Of a stretch of DNA of 64,000 nucleotides, positions 1-9,623 are shown piece after piece. Both the position numbers and the translations under genes were made by a program. The first letter of the stretch is position 1. Each line of letters begins with the position of its first letter. Under the pieces are notes generated by a model, which worked only from the letters and a program-made list of their open reading frames with translations, was not told where the DNA came from and did no database searches. Source of the stretch: Candidatus Omnitrophota bacterium (GTDB lineage Bacteria; Omnitrophota; Gorgyraeia; Zapsychrales; JAHFFX01); NCBI GenBank assembly GCA_023247725.1, contig JAHFFW010000005.1:25804-89803 (forward strand), written 5' to 3'.

Positions 1-1
1 A

Positions 2-466
2 TCCAATTTTAAAAAATTTTTTCTGTCTTTTGTAAAAAAATATAGCGGCTCAGGACGAAGTCTGTATTGGAGGGATTCCTTTTCTTTGATCCGCAATTCT
101 CCCTGGCTCGGCATCGGGATCAATACGTACTCACAAGTTTCGATGGAAAAGAAATTGGCATGGGGAGGATATCCCCATAATTGCTATCTGCAATTGACCG
201 CCGAGATGGGACTGATGGGTTTGATTTCATTCATTTGGATCATGGGAACGTTATTTCGCTTTGCTTTAAGACGAAGTCGCCAAATCCGCGATCCGTTTCT
301 GTATACGGTCCTCTGGGGCGGCATGGCAGGTTTATTGTCCTTCCTCGCTCAAAGTTCCGTCGATACCAATTTTTATTCGGTTCAGCTTGGGAATCTCATG
401 TGGTTGGCCCTGGGAATGATTGTTTCTTCGATCCAAATCTATGACCGTTCCCAAAACCAGAAGTGA
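2..466 (+). CDS. O-antigen ligase family protein (5' truncated at window edge)
   Basis: Frame open from nt 2; SGRxxYW...PWLGIG...HNxYLQLxAEMGLMG Wzy_C-type motifs followed by TM helices. Confidence 0.85.
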   Translation, partial: SNFKKFFLSFVKKYSGSGRSLYWRDSFSLIRNSPWLGIGINTYSQVSMEKKLAWGGYPHNCYLQLTAEMGLMGLISFIWIMGTLFRFALRRSRQIRDPFLYTVLWGGMAGLLSFLAQSSVDTNFYSVQLGNLMWLALGMIVSSIQIYDRSQNQK

Positions 467-467
467 T

Positions 468-1340
468 ATGGGTAAGAGTACCGTCGGGATTCTGCTAGTG
501 GCGATCGTGGTCACGGCCATCGTTGTGGATCGGATGGGTGAACGCCTGGGCCGTTTGGAAGAAGAACTTTCCCACTTGCGCGGTGTGCGCGCCCGCCTGG
601 CTTCGGTCGAGGCCAAAACGAAAACTTTTCAAGAGCTGCATTTGCATAAAAAATTTCCTCGAAAGGATGGAGTATTGAAAATGTTTCGCACGGGTGAGGT
701 CCGAGAGGATATCCATGACGCCGTCATCAAAAGCGAGGATGCGGATAGCAATGATGGCGGAGGTTTATTTTTGGAAACCGGGGTCGCCCAAAAACGTCTG
801 GTCCGACGGACGCTGCTGGACTTTCCCGAATTCTTCTCTCCCCTGACAGAAAAGGCGGTCATTGTGGACGCTACCCTTTATCTGAAACAGCTGGATCACG
901 GATCATTGGATGATGCGGCACTGGACCAGAAATTGAACTTGTATGCGGTGCGCAAGCCCTGGGGGGAGGGAAACCAAAAAAGCGAAAAAGCCAGCAACGG
1001 GGAAGCCACCTGGGCTTGGGCGCGTTTCGGCCAGACACCCTGGGCAAAGCCGGGATGCAGCCAGTGGGATCTGGACATTGACCATAATCCCATGGCTTCG
1101 ACGGGTTCTGATATTCAGGGAGGGTACAGCGGATGGATCGCGCTGCCATTTACGGAATATGGAATCTCCACGTTACAAAAGTGGCTGGAAACGCCCGCTA
1201 TGCGTCAATACGGCTTTCTTTTAAAAGACCACGAGGAGAATAAGCCTTTTACGAATTTGCGTTTTTTTTCTTCGGAGTCCGAAGAAATCGATCGGCCCTA
1301 TATTGAGATTTTGTATATGGTGCCGCCTTCACTAGACTGA
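468..1340 (+). CDS. Membrane-anchored DNRLRE-like domain protein
   Basis: ATG 468 just after upstream TGA; N-terminal TM and coiled coil; RTLLDF, ATLYL, PWGEG, ATW, WxxPG, YGFLLK, FxSSE..RPxI pattern. Confidence 0.65.
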   Translation: MGKSTVGILLVAIVVTAIVVDRMGERLGRLEEELSHLRGVRARLASVEAKTKTFQELHLHKKFPRKDGVLKMFRTGEVREDIHDAVIKSEDADSNDGGGLFLETGVAQKRLVRRTLLDFPEFFSPLTEKAVIVDATLYLKQLDHGSLDDAALDQKLNLYAVRKPWGEGNQKSEKASNGEATWAWARFGQTPWAKPGCSQWDLDIDHNPMASTGSDIQGGYSGWIALPFTEYGISTLQKWLETPAMRQYGFLLKDHEENKPFTNLRFFSSESEEIDRPYIEILYMVPPSLD

Positions 1341-1355
1341 TTGATTTATTTGATT

Positions 1356-1405
1356 TGCGGGGGCGCCAGGCCCTACCTTTAGAAAGCGGGCCTGGCGCCC
1401 CCGCA
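1356..1405. repeat. Perfect 18-bp GC-rich inverted repeat (terminator-like or REP-like)
   Basis: TGCGGGGGCGCCAGGCCC...GGGCCTGGCGCCCCCGCA. Confidence 0.8.
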
Positions 1406-1423
1406 CCGTGGTACCCGCAAGAA

Positions 1424-1451
1424 TTGACAAAAAAAGGCCTTTGGGTATAAT
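1424..1451 (+). promoter_or_regulatory. Sigma70 promoter of the pgk operon
   Basis: TTGACA-16 nt-TATAAT, both hexamers consensus. Confidence 0.8.
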
Positions 1452-1508
1452 GGACAAGTCTTTTGAGATAAATATCAGTATTTATAAAATATTCTTGAAG
1501 AAGACCCC

Positions 1509-2744
1509 ATGAATAAATTAACCATCAAGGACCTTGATTTGCGTGGCAAGAAGGTCATCATCCGCGCCGATTTTAATGTTCCGCTCGATGAACAAATGCA
1601 TATCACCGATGATCGCCGCATCCGCGAGGCCTTGCCCACCCTGCGTTATGCCCTGGATCAGGGAGCCCAAAAAGTGATTTTGATGAGCCATCTGGGTCGT
1701 CCTAAAGACAAGGTGGTCGAAGGTCTTCGCCTCAAACCGGCAGCAAAACGATTGGAAGAACTGCTCAAAGAAAAAATCCTGCGCCTGGATGATTGCATTG
1801 GCCCGTCGGTGGAACAATCCATTCAACAATCTAAGGAGCGGGTCGTGCTTTTGGAAAATCTCCGGTTTCACAAAGAAGAGGAGGCTAACGACCCCGAATT
1901 CGCCCGAAAGCTGGCGGCGTTGGCGGATGTTTACGTGAACGATGCCTTTGGCACCGCGCACCGGGCCCATGCCTCCACGGCCGGCATCACCCAATATTTG
2001 CCGTCGGTGGCCGGCTTTCTTTTGGATAAAGAAATCAATTATCTCGGCAAGGCCTTGGATCATCCTCGCAAACCCTTTGTCGTCATCTTCGGCGGAGCCA
2101 AGGTCTCGGATAAGATTGCCGTCATTGGAAATCTTTTGCCCAAGGCCGATGCGATTATCATCGGCGGCGGAATGGCCTACACATTTTTGAAAGCGCAGGG
2201 TAAGAGTGTTGGCACCTCCAAACTTGAAGTCGACAAGATCGATGTGGCCAGGCAAATTATCGACAAGGCGAAGGCGCAGGGGGTTACCCTGGCCATCTCT
2301 TCCGACTTTGTGGTGGTCACAAAATTTGAATCTTCGGCGGATATGAAAATTGTGAAAGACCAAATTCCGGACGGGTGGATGGGAGTTGATATTGGACCGG
2401 AATCGAGAAAACGGTTCAAAGAAATTTTAGCCAAGGCGAAGACGATTGTCTGGAATGGGCCGTTGGGTGTTTTTGAAAACGACGCCTTTGCCCAGGGAAC
2501 AAAGGACATTGCCGAATTTATCGTCGGGTTAAAGGATGTAACCACGATCATCGGCGGCGGTGATTCGGCGGCGGCGATCGCCAAATTTCAGTTGGAAGAC
2601 AAAATGACCCACATTTCGACCGGGGGCGGGGCCTCTTTGGAATTCCTCGAGGGGAAAACTTTACCGGGCATCGCCGCGCTTCGCGACAAGTCGCCAGCAA
2701 TCGGCCTCTCTTACTCTCACCCCGGGGGTGAGAGAAGGGTATAA
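1509..2744 (+). CDS. pgk: Phosphoglycerate kinase
   Basis: [45 protein letters not shown]. Confidence 0.98.
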   Translation: MNKLTIKDLDLRGKKVIIRADFNVPLDEQMHITDDRRIREALPTLRYALDQGAQKVILMSHLGRPKDKVVEGLRLKPAAKRLEELLKEKILRLDDCIGPSVEQSIQQSKERVVLLENLRFHKEEEANDPEFARKLAALADVYVNDAFGTAHRAHASTAGITQYLPSVAGFLLDKEINYLGKALDHPRKPFVVIFGGAKVSDKIAVIGNLLPKADAIIIGGGMAYTFLKAQGKSVGTSKLEVDKIDVARQIIDKAKAQGVTLAISSDFVVVTKFESSADMKIVKDQIPDGWMGVDIGPESRKRFKEILAKAKTIVWNGPLGVFENDAFAQGTKDIAEFIVGLKDVTTIIGGGDSAAAIAKFQLEDKMTHISTGGGASLEFLEGKTLPGIAALRDKSPAIGLSYSHPGGERRV

Positions 2745-2771
2745 AAGATCCTCTCACCCCCGGGGTGAGAG
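2714..2771. repeat. Pair of 21-bp palindromes in inverted orientation (REPIN-like)
   Basis: CTCTCACCCCGGGGGTGAGAG (2714-2734) and its exact reverse complement (2751-2771). Confidence 0.8.
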
Positions 2772-2833
2772 GGTGGCTGTCGTCGGTAACGGCGGGCCGG
2801 GGAAGCCGCCGAGGCGTCAATAAAAGTCAACCC

Positions 2834-3625
2834 ATGAATCCAAAACGAAAAACGATTATCGCCGGCAACTGGAAAATGAACAAAACGGCACTGGAGGCGA
2901 TCGACCTGGCCAATGGCTTAAATCGCGAACTGGGCGATCTCACCGAGATCGATATCGTCATTTGTCCAGCATTCTCTTCGCTTTCGGATGTCCAAGAGAT
3001 TTTAACTGACTCCAATATTCGTCTGGGCGCGCAGAATCTTCACTGGGAAAACGCGGGCGCTTTTACCGGCGAGGTTTCCGCGCCCATGCTCAAGAGCGTC
3101 GGTGTGGAGTATGTGATCATCGGCCATTCGGAGCGCCGGCAATTTTTCGGGGAAACCAATGCGTCGGTCAATAAAAAAATCAAAGCGGCCTTAAAAAATG
3201 GTTTGGCGCCCATCCTTTGTGTGGGAGAAAACCTTCATGAGCGGGAAACGAATCAAACCTTTGCCGTCGTGAAAAACCACTGCGAGGGGTCGCTATCGGA
3301 TTTGACTCCGGCGGAGATGGAGCTCATCACACTCGCGTATGAACCGGTTTGGGCCATAGGAACCGGAAAGACCGCCACGCCCGCCCAGGCTCAAGAGGTG
3401 CAGGCCTTTGTCCGCGATTGGCTGTCTCAACAATCTGGTTCTGACTTGGCGGAAAAAATTCGGATTCAGTATGGCGGAAGCGTGACGCCAGAAAACATCG
3501 CCGATCTGATGGCTCAGCCCGATATCGACGGAGCTTTAGTCGGCGGCGCCAGTTTAAAAGTGGAAAGTTTCGTCAAGATCGTCAAGCAATGTTGTCTTCC
3601 CTTCGATAAAGCGAGGATGGTATGA
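2834..3625 (+). CDS. tpiA: Triosephosphate isomerase
   Basis: IAGNWKMN, GHSERR, AYEPVWAIGTG, YGGSV, LVGGASL. Confidence 0.98.
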   Translation: MNPKRKTIIAGNWKMNKTALEAIDLANGLNRELGDLTEIDIVICPAFSSLSDVQEILTDSNIRLGAQNLHWENAGAFTGEVSAPMLKSVGVEYVIIGHSERRQFFGETNASVNKKIKAALKNGLAPILCVGENLHERETNQTFAVVKNHCEGSLSDLTPAEMELITLAYEPVWAIGTGKTATPAQAQEVQAFVRDWLSQQSGSDLAEKIRIQYGGSVTPENIADLMAQPDIDGALVGGASLKVESFVKIVKQCCLPFDKARMV

Positions 3626-4044
3626 GTTTAGTGATTGTGATTCACTGTATCATTTGTTTATTGCTTTCCCTGGTCATTCTGATGCAGTCCGGTCGCGGAG
3701 GGGGCTTAACCGAACAGTTTGCCTCCGCCGAATCGATCTTCGGAGCCAAGACCAATGTGTTCATGGTTAAGGTGACGGCTGTTCTCGCCGGTCTATTTTT
3801 GTTAACGTGTATCATGCTGGCCTATTTTTCTTCAAAATCGAATCAGTCGCTCATGTCCACGCGACCTATTCCCGTGGGACCGGCAAGCCTGCCACCGGGC
3901 GCTTCTCCCTCAGCCGGGCCAGCCGCTCCCGCGCCGGCCGCGAGCGAACCAATACCGGGCAAAACCTCCGAGAAATCCAAAGAAACTGCCGTCGAATCGC
4001 AGCCGGTGACTGCTGGTCATGCGAATAATCCTCCCACTCCCTAA
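3622..4044 (+). CDS. secG: Preprotein translocase subunit SecG
   Basis: Two TM helices flanking ILMQSGRGGGL; follows tpiA with ATGA overlap. Confidence 0.9.
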   Translation: MSLVIVIHCIICLLLSLVILMQSGRGGGLTEQFASAESIFGAKTNVFMVKVTAVLAGLFLLTCIMLAYFSSKSNQSLMSTRPIPVGPASLPPGASPSAGPAAPAPAASEPIPGKTSEKSKETAVESQPVTAGHANNPPTP

Positions 4045-5779
4045 AATCGCCGGATTTTTTGATCCGAGAGGCCATTGGATGTTTGGCTTTATGTTTTGTC
4101 TGGCGAGTATGCTCGTTTCCCCAACCATCATCTTCGGTGAATCACTTTACGGCGGGCGCCTCGTGCGCGCCTCGACCTCTGATCCAAAATCCTTTAATCC
4201 GATCATTGCCAAAGAAACCTCGACGACGCTGGTAACCAATCTGATCTTTGAAGGGTTAACGACCGAAAATGCCTTCACCCTCAAGGTGGAACCACGCCTC
4301 GCCCAAAGTTGGGAAGTGGACCCGCAAGGTCTGCGCTGGAAATTTCATCTGCGCCAAGATGTGCGCTGGTCGGACGGAGTCCCTTTTACGGCCGACGATG
4401 TGGTCTTTACCTTCAATGAGCTGATCTACAATGACCAGATCCCCAGTTCTTCCCGCGACATTTTTACCGTCGATGGAAAGATCTTTCAGGTGAGTAAACT
4501 GGATGACTGGACCGTTTTGTTTGTGCTGCCTTTTAAATTCGCGCCGTTTTTACGCAGTCTTTCCCAGGAGATCCTTCCCAAGCACAAACTGGAAAAAATT
4601 GTCAAGGAGGGGAAATTCAATTTTGCGTGGGGTATTGATACGGATCCCAAACAGATCGTTGGGACCGGGCCTTTTGTCTTAAACCGATACAGCCCCGGGG
4701 AACGGATTGTTTTTAAAAAGAATCCGTTTTATTGGAAAAAGTCTGCGGAAGGAAACCGGCTTCCTTATCTCGACGGAATAATTTTTCTAATCGTTCAGAA
4801 TTTCGATACTGTCATCCTAAAATTCTTGGAAGGGGAAGTGGATTATTGCGGTTTTCGCGGTATGGATTTCCCCTTATTGAAGCCGCGGGAAAAGTCGGGA
4901 AATTTTACGATCTACGATGCCGGGCCGGATTTTGGCAGCAATTTTATTGCCTTTAACTTAAATCCGGGGGTCAATCCCCAAACAAAAAAACCTTTCGTGG
5001 ATCCGCAGAAACTTTCCTGGTTCAACAATGTCGAATTCCGTCGGGCCGTGGCGCATGCGTTGGATAAGAAAAAGATGATCGAGATTGTCCAAAACGGTTT
5101 TGGTTACCCTCAGGATTCATCCATGAGTCCGAGCGCGGGATTTTTCTACAATCCTCATGTTGAGGTTTATGATTATGACCTGTCCAAGGCCCGGGATATT
5201 TTGCACAACGCCGGATTCATCGACCGCGACCACGATGGTTTCGTGGAGGACAAAGAAGGCCACCGGGTGGAATTTAATCTCTACACGAACGCCAGCGATA
5301 ACGAACGGGTGCAGATGGCGGGCATCATCCGGCAGGATTTGGAGAATCTGGGAATCAAGGTGAATTTTGTCGCCATTGAGTTCAATGCCTTGGTGAGCAA
5401 ATTGACTTCCACCTATGAATGGGACATGATTCTTCTGGGGCTGACGGGCGGGGTTGAACCGCATTTTGGCAATAATGTCTGGCAGTCGAGCGGACAATTG
5501 CATCTGTGGAATCCCCAACAGGAATTTCCGGCGACCGACTGGGAAAAAGGGCTCGACGATATCTTTGCGCAAGGAGTTCAGGAACTCGACGAGAATAAAC
5601 GCAAGGCGCTTTACGACGAATTCCAATTGATCATTTCTCAACAACTCCCGGTCATTTACACGGTCCTCGAGGCCAATCTATTTGCGGTGCGCAACAAGTT
5701 TGGCAATGTGCAGCCTTCCGGTTACGGCGGGGCGTTTCATAATATTGAAGAAATCTACCTCAAGGAAGGTTACCGTTAA
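4019..5779 (+). CDS. Peptide ABC transporter substrate-binding protein (family 5); start may be 4079
   Basis: SDPKSFNP, LAQSWE, LRQDVRWSDGVPFTADDVVFT, GTGPF. Confidence 0.93.
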   Translation: MRIILPLPKIAGFFDPRGHWMFGFMFCLASMLVSPTIIFGESLYGGRLVRASTSDPKSFNPIIAKETSTTLVTNLIFEGLTTENAFTLKVEPRLAQSWEVDPQGLRWKFHLRQDVRWSDGVPFTADDVVFTFNELIYNDQIPSSSRDIFTVDGKIFQVSKLDDWTVLFVLPFKFAPFLRSLSQEILPKHKLEKIVKEGKFNFAWGIDTDPKQIVGTGPFVLNRYSPGERIVFKKNPFYWKKSAEGNRLPYLDGIIFLIVQNFDTVILKFLEGEVDYCGFRGMDFPLLKPREKSGNFTIYDAGPDFGSNFIAFNLNPGVNPQTKKPFVDPQKLSWFNNVEFRRAVAHALDKKKMIEIVQNGFGYPQDSSMSPSAGFFYNPHVEVYDYDLSKARDILHNAGFIDRDHDGFVEDKEGHRVEFNLYTNASDNERVQMAGIIRQDLENLGIKVNFVAIEFNALVSKLTSTYEWDMILLGLTGGVEPHFGNNVWQSSGQLHLWNPQQEFPATDWEKGLDDIFAQGVQELDENKRKALYDEFQLIISQQLPVIYTVLEANLFAVRNKFGNVQPSGYGGAFHNIEEIYLKEGYR

Positions 5780-5781
5780 GG

Positions 5782-6756
5782 ATGGCCCGTTATATTGTCA
5801 GACGAATCCTCGTATCGATCCCTTCGCTTCTGGCGATGGCCTTATTGACCTTCATCCTTATGCAGATGACGCCCGGCAATTTTTTTGACACCTTGAAAAT
5901 GGACCCGCAGATCTCCGCCGAAACGATCGCCCGCTATAAAGCGTTGTACCACCTGAATGATCAGCGGGTTTTGGTCCAATTCTTCTACTGGATCAAAAAC
6001 CTTCTGCGTTTTGAATTCGGCTATTCGTTTTTTTATAATGTTCCCGTCGGGCATGTCATTGCCCATCGGCTTTGGAATACCTTTATTCTTTCCCTGGCGA
6101 GTTTTCTTTTTACCTGGCTTCTGGCGATTCCTTTAGGGATATGGGCCGCCTTGCACCGCAATCGGTGGGGGGACCGGATTCTCCAGGGTTTGTCCTATCT
6201 TGCCTTGTCCACGCCGGGATTTTTTCTGGCGATGATTTTGTTGTATATCGTCAGTCAAACCGGCGGCCTCCCGCTGGGCGGCATGCGCAGCGCCCATTAT
6301 GACGAATTGAATGTGGTGGAAAAATTTTTCGATCTTCTGGCCCATCTGGTCATCCCGACGGTGGCGATTTCTCTGGCCTCGATCGGAGCCCTGCAGCGCA
6401 TCATGCGCGGAAATTTTTTGGAAGTGATGCGCCAGCAGTATATCCTGACGGCCCGCGCGAAGGGATTGCCCGAACATCAGGTGATTTATCGCCATGCCTT
6501 GCGCAATGCCATGAATCCGCTCATCACGTTATTAGGGTATGAATTTTCCGGGCTCTTGAGCGGGGCAGCGTTGTTGGAAATCATCTGTAGCTGGCCCGGT
6601 TTGGGGATGCTCATGCTCACCGCGGTCCGGGCCAAGGATGTGTATCTGGTCATGTCCGAGATGCTGATGGGGGGTATTTTGCTTTTGCTGGGGAATCTAT
6701 CGGCGGATATTCTCCTTGCGAAATCCGATCCGCGTATTAGGCTGAGTGAAACCTAA
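5782..6756 (+). CDS. Peptide ABC transporter permease (OppB/DppB type)
   Basis: YILTARAKGL EAA loop, HALRNA, DPRIR. Confidence 0.93.
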   Translation: MARYIVRRILVSIPSLLAMALLTFILMQMTPGNFFDTLKMDPQISAETIARYKALYHLNDQRVLVQFFYWIKNLLRFEFGYSFFYNVPVGHVIAHRLWNTFILSLASFLFTWLLAIPLGIWAALHRNRWGDRILQGLSYLALSTPGFFLAMILLYIVSQTGGLPLGGMRSAHYDELNVVEKFFDLLAHLVIPTVAISLASIGALQRIMRGNFLEVMRQQYILTARAKGLPEHQVIYRHALRNAMNPLITLLGYEFSGLLSGAALLEIICSWPGLGMLMLTAVRAKDVYLVMSEMLMGGILLLLGNLSADILLAKSDPRIRLSET

Positions 6757-6829
6757 CTCGGTATGGGGAGAGGGATGAGGAGTCTAGGACTCCAGACCCT
6801 AGACCCTGCACCACGAGAAAATAATTTTT

Positions 6830-7939
6830 ATGTCCAGTGAAAAAAAGCAACCCGAATCCCTGAGTCAATGGCAAATGGCGCTGCGCCACTTTCGGAGGAA
6901 TAAATTCGCAATGCTTTGTTTTTGGACTTTAATGATTTTTTATTCGGCAGCCATCTTTGCGGATTTCCTGGCCCCGTATTCATTCAAAAATGAAGATCGC
7001 AATTTTTCCTACTGCCCGCCGACGCCGATTAAGTTGAGACACGCAGGTCATCTTACGGCGCCCTTTGTCCCGGAACTGAAACTCCATTTCAACGACATCC
7101 ACAAAAGGATTTATACACAGGACGAGGGCAAACGATTTCCCCTCAAATTTTTTATCCAAGGCGATGAATACAAATTCCTGGGAATGTTCTCTACCCGTCG
7201 GCATTTGTTCGGCGTGGATGCCCCCGGCCGAGTTTATTTGTGGGGAGCGGACGCCCGTGGACGAGATTTATTCTCGCGCATCCTGCATGGCGCCCGGATT
7301 TCCTTGTCCATTGGTTTAATTGGAGTTTTTATTTCGTTTACGATCGGTTTATTGGTGGGCGGGATCGCCGGTTATTATGGAAGCTGGGTGGATAACATCC
7401 TCATGCGGATCTGTGAAATGTTCATGATGGTTCCCAGCTTCTATCTTTTGTTGGCGTTACGCACCGTCGTGCCGGACAATTTTAATTCGCTGCAAATTTA
7501 TTTTTCCATTGTGGCCATTCTGTCTTTTATCGGATGGGCCGGCTTGGCCCGCATTATCCGTGGGATGAGCCTGTCCCTGCGCGAAAGAGAATACGTTTTG
7601 GCCGCTAAGGGTATGGGATTGTCGGATTTTGCCATCATCGTGCGGCATATTCTGCCGCATACCATGTCCTATTCCATCATTGCGATCATGCTGTCCATTC
7701 CCAGCTACATTTTGGGAGAGTCGGCGCTCAGTTTATTGGGAATGGGAATTCAAGATCCCTATGCCAGCTGGGGAAATCTTTTGTCGGATGCCATGGGCAT
7801 CGTTGCGATCCAATTCGCCCCATGGATCCTTTTGCCCGGGCTTTTTATTTTGATCACCGTCATTTGTTTTAATGTCATCGGCGATGCGCTGCGAGACAGT
7901 CTGGATCCGTTATTCAAATCCGACTTCGCGGGTTTGTGA
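6830..7939 (+). CDS. Peptide ABC transporter permease (OppC/DppC type)
   Basis: GADARGRDLFSR, GARISL, EYVLAAKGMG, GDALRDSLDP. Confidence 0.93.
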   Translation: MSSEKKQPESLSQWQMALRHFRRNKFAMLCFWTLMIFYSAAIFADFLAPYSFKNEDRNFSYCPPTPIKLRHAGHLTAPFVPELKLHFNDIHKRIYTQDEGKRFPLKFFIQGDEYKFLGMFSTRRHLFGVDAPGRVYLWGADARGRDLFSRILHGARISLSIGLIGVFISFTIGLLVGGIAGYYGSWVDNILMRICEMFMMVPSFYLLLALRTVVPDNFNSLQIYFSIVAILSFIGWAGLARIIRGMSLSLREREYVLAAKGMGLSDFAIIVRHILPHTMSYSIIAIMLSIPSYILGESALSLLGMGIQDPYASWGNLLSDAMGIVAIQFAPWILLPGLFILITVICFNVIGDALRDSLDPLFKSDFAGL

Positions 7940-7951
7940 GGTTTTGGAAAA

Positions 7952-8737
7952 ATGGAAGCCCCGTTATTATCGGTTGAACATCTCACCGTGAGCGTCCAAG
8001 GTGATCCCACTGGCAAGGAATTGGTAAAGGAAGTGAGCTTTCAGATTTCTACAGGAAAAATTTCCGCTCTGGTCGGTGGATCCGGAAGCGGCAAAACCAC
8101 GACGGGTCTGGCCATCCTTCGGCTTTTGTCTCCGGCCTTAAGAATGGATTCTGGTCAAATTCGCCTGAACGGTGTGAACCTTTTGTCTCTGACCGAAGAG
8201 GGGATGCGCCGGATCCGCGGCAAACAGATCAGTATGGTTTTTCAGGAACCGCTCAACGCCTTTAATCCGGTTTTACGCATCGGCGCGCAAATTGCGGAGA
8301 TGCTGCAGGTTCACACTGATCTGTCCGCATCGCAACGGCGGGCGAGGATTTTAGAATTGCTGAAAATCGTCGAGATTAATGATCCACTCCGGGTTGCCAG
8401 TCAATACCCGCATCAATTGAGCGGTGGGTTGAGGCAACGGGCTATGATCGCGCAGGCCATCGCCGCGAAGCCAAGGCTTTTAATCGCGGATGAACCGACC
8501 AGTAATCTCGATGTGACCATTCAAGCGCGGATCATGGAACTGTTTCGCAAATTGAGAACGGAGTTGGAACTAACGATGATTCTCATTACCCACGATCTGG
8601 GTTTGGTCCGGGAATTGGCGGATGAGGTGGTCGTCTTCTGCGGCGGTAAAGTCGTCGAGAAGGGATTCTCGAAGGAACTTTTTGACCATCCCGGCCATCC
8701 TTACACGCGCCAATTGCTGGAGGCGTCTTTGTTATGA
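7952..8737 (+). CDS. Peptide ABC transporter ATPase (OppD type)
   Basis: GGSGSGKT, YPHQLSGG, IADEPT. Confidence 0.93.
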   Translation: MEAPLLSVEHLTVSVQGDPTGKELVKEVSFQISTGKISALVGGSGSGKTTTGLAILRLLSPALRMDSGQIRLNGVNLLSLTEEGMRRIRGKQISMVFQEPLNAFNPVLRIGAQIAEMLQVHTDLSASQRRARILELLKIVEINDPLRVASQYPHQLSGGLRQRAMIAQAIAAKPRLLIADEPTSNLDVTIQARIMELFRKLRTELELTMILITHDLGLVRELADEVVVFCGGKVVEKGFSKELFDHPGHPYTRQLLEASLL

Positions 8738-9603
8738 TCCCTCTTTTGGAACTAAAGTACGTCCGAAAATCTTTTCCCCTCGCAAGAAATTTTTGGGGCC
8801 AGACAAAACGCTGGCTGACAGCGGTCGATGGGATTGATCTGTCGATCTTTCCTTTGGAACATCTGGGATTGGTGGGAGAATCTGGCAGCGGGAAGACGAC
8901 CTTGGGACGAATGATCGTGCGTCTGCTCAAAGAAGATGAAGGCGAGATTTTTTTTGCGGGTCAGAACTTAAGTCGTTTGGGGAGTAGGCGGCTGCGTCTT
9001 TTCCGCCAACATTTCCAAATGGTTTTTCAGGATCCTTTCAATAGCCTGGATCCCCGCTTCACCGTTTTTAGCCTCATGGCCGAGCCCATGATTTGGGAAA
9101 AAAATATTCCCAAAACCAAAAAAATAGAAAAAATTCAGCACCTGCTCAAAGCAGTCCGTTTGCCGCCGGATATTTTAAATCGGTTCCCCCACGAATTTAG
9201 CGGCGGGGAACGCCAGCGGATCGCCATTGCCCGGTGCCTGATCACCCAGCCAAAATTTTTGGTATTGGATGAAGCCGTTTCTTCTTTAGACGTCGTGGTC
9301 CAGGCGCAGATCCTGGATTTGCTGCTGGATTTGCAAAAGGCCTTTGGCCTGACGTATCTGTTTATTTCGCATAACCTGCGCGTGGTTAGAAAGATCTGCC
9401 GTCGGATTGCGGTCATGGTCAAAGGCAAGATTGTGGAAATGGGGCCGATGGCAGAGATTTTTGGCGATCCCCGGCATCCCTATACCCGGGAGCTTTTGAC
9501 CGCGGCCATGGATTACAAGGCCAGCCCCGAACGAAACGACATGGTGTTTCCATCGGGCGTTCAATTGCGGGATGTGGGCAAAGGGCACTTTCTTCTCCAA
9601 TAA
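8734..9603 (+). CDS. Peptide ABC transporter ATPase (OppF type)
   Basis: GESGSGKT, FPHEFSGGERQR, LDEAVS. Confidence 0.93.
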   Translation: MIPLLELKYVRKSFPLARNFWGQTKRWLTAVDGIDLSIFPLEHLGLVGESGSGKTTLGRMIVRLLKEDEGEIFFAGQNLSRLGSRRLRLFRQHFQMVFQDPFNSLDPRFTVFSLMAEPMIWEKNIPKTKKIEKIQHLLKAVRLPPDILNRFPHEFSGGERQRIAIARCLITQPKFLVLDEAVSSLDVVVQAQILDLLLDLQKAFGLTYLFISHNLRVVRKICRRIAVMVKGKIVEMGPMAEIFGDPRHPYTRELLTAAMDYKASPERNDMVFPSGVQLRDVGKGHFLLQ

Positions 9604-9623
9604 CCAGCAAAAAAGGTCAGCAC

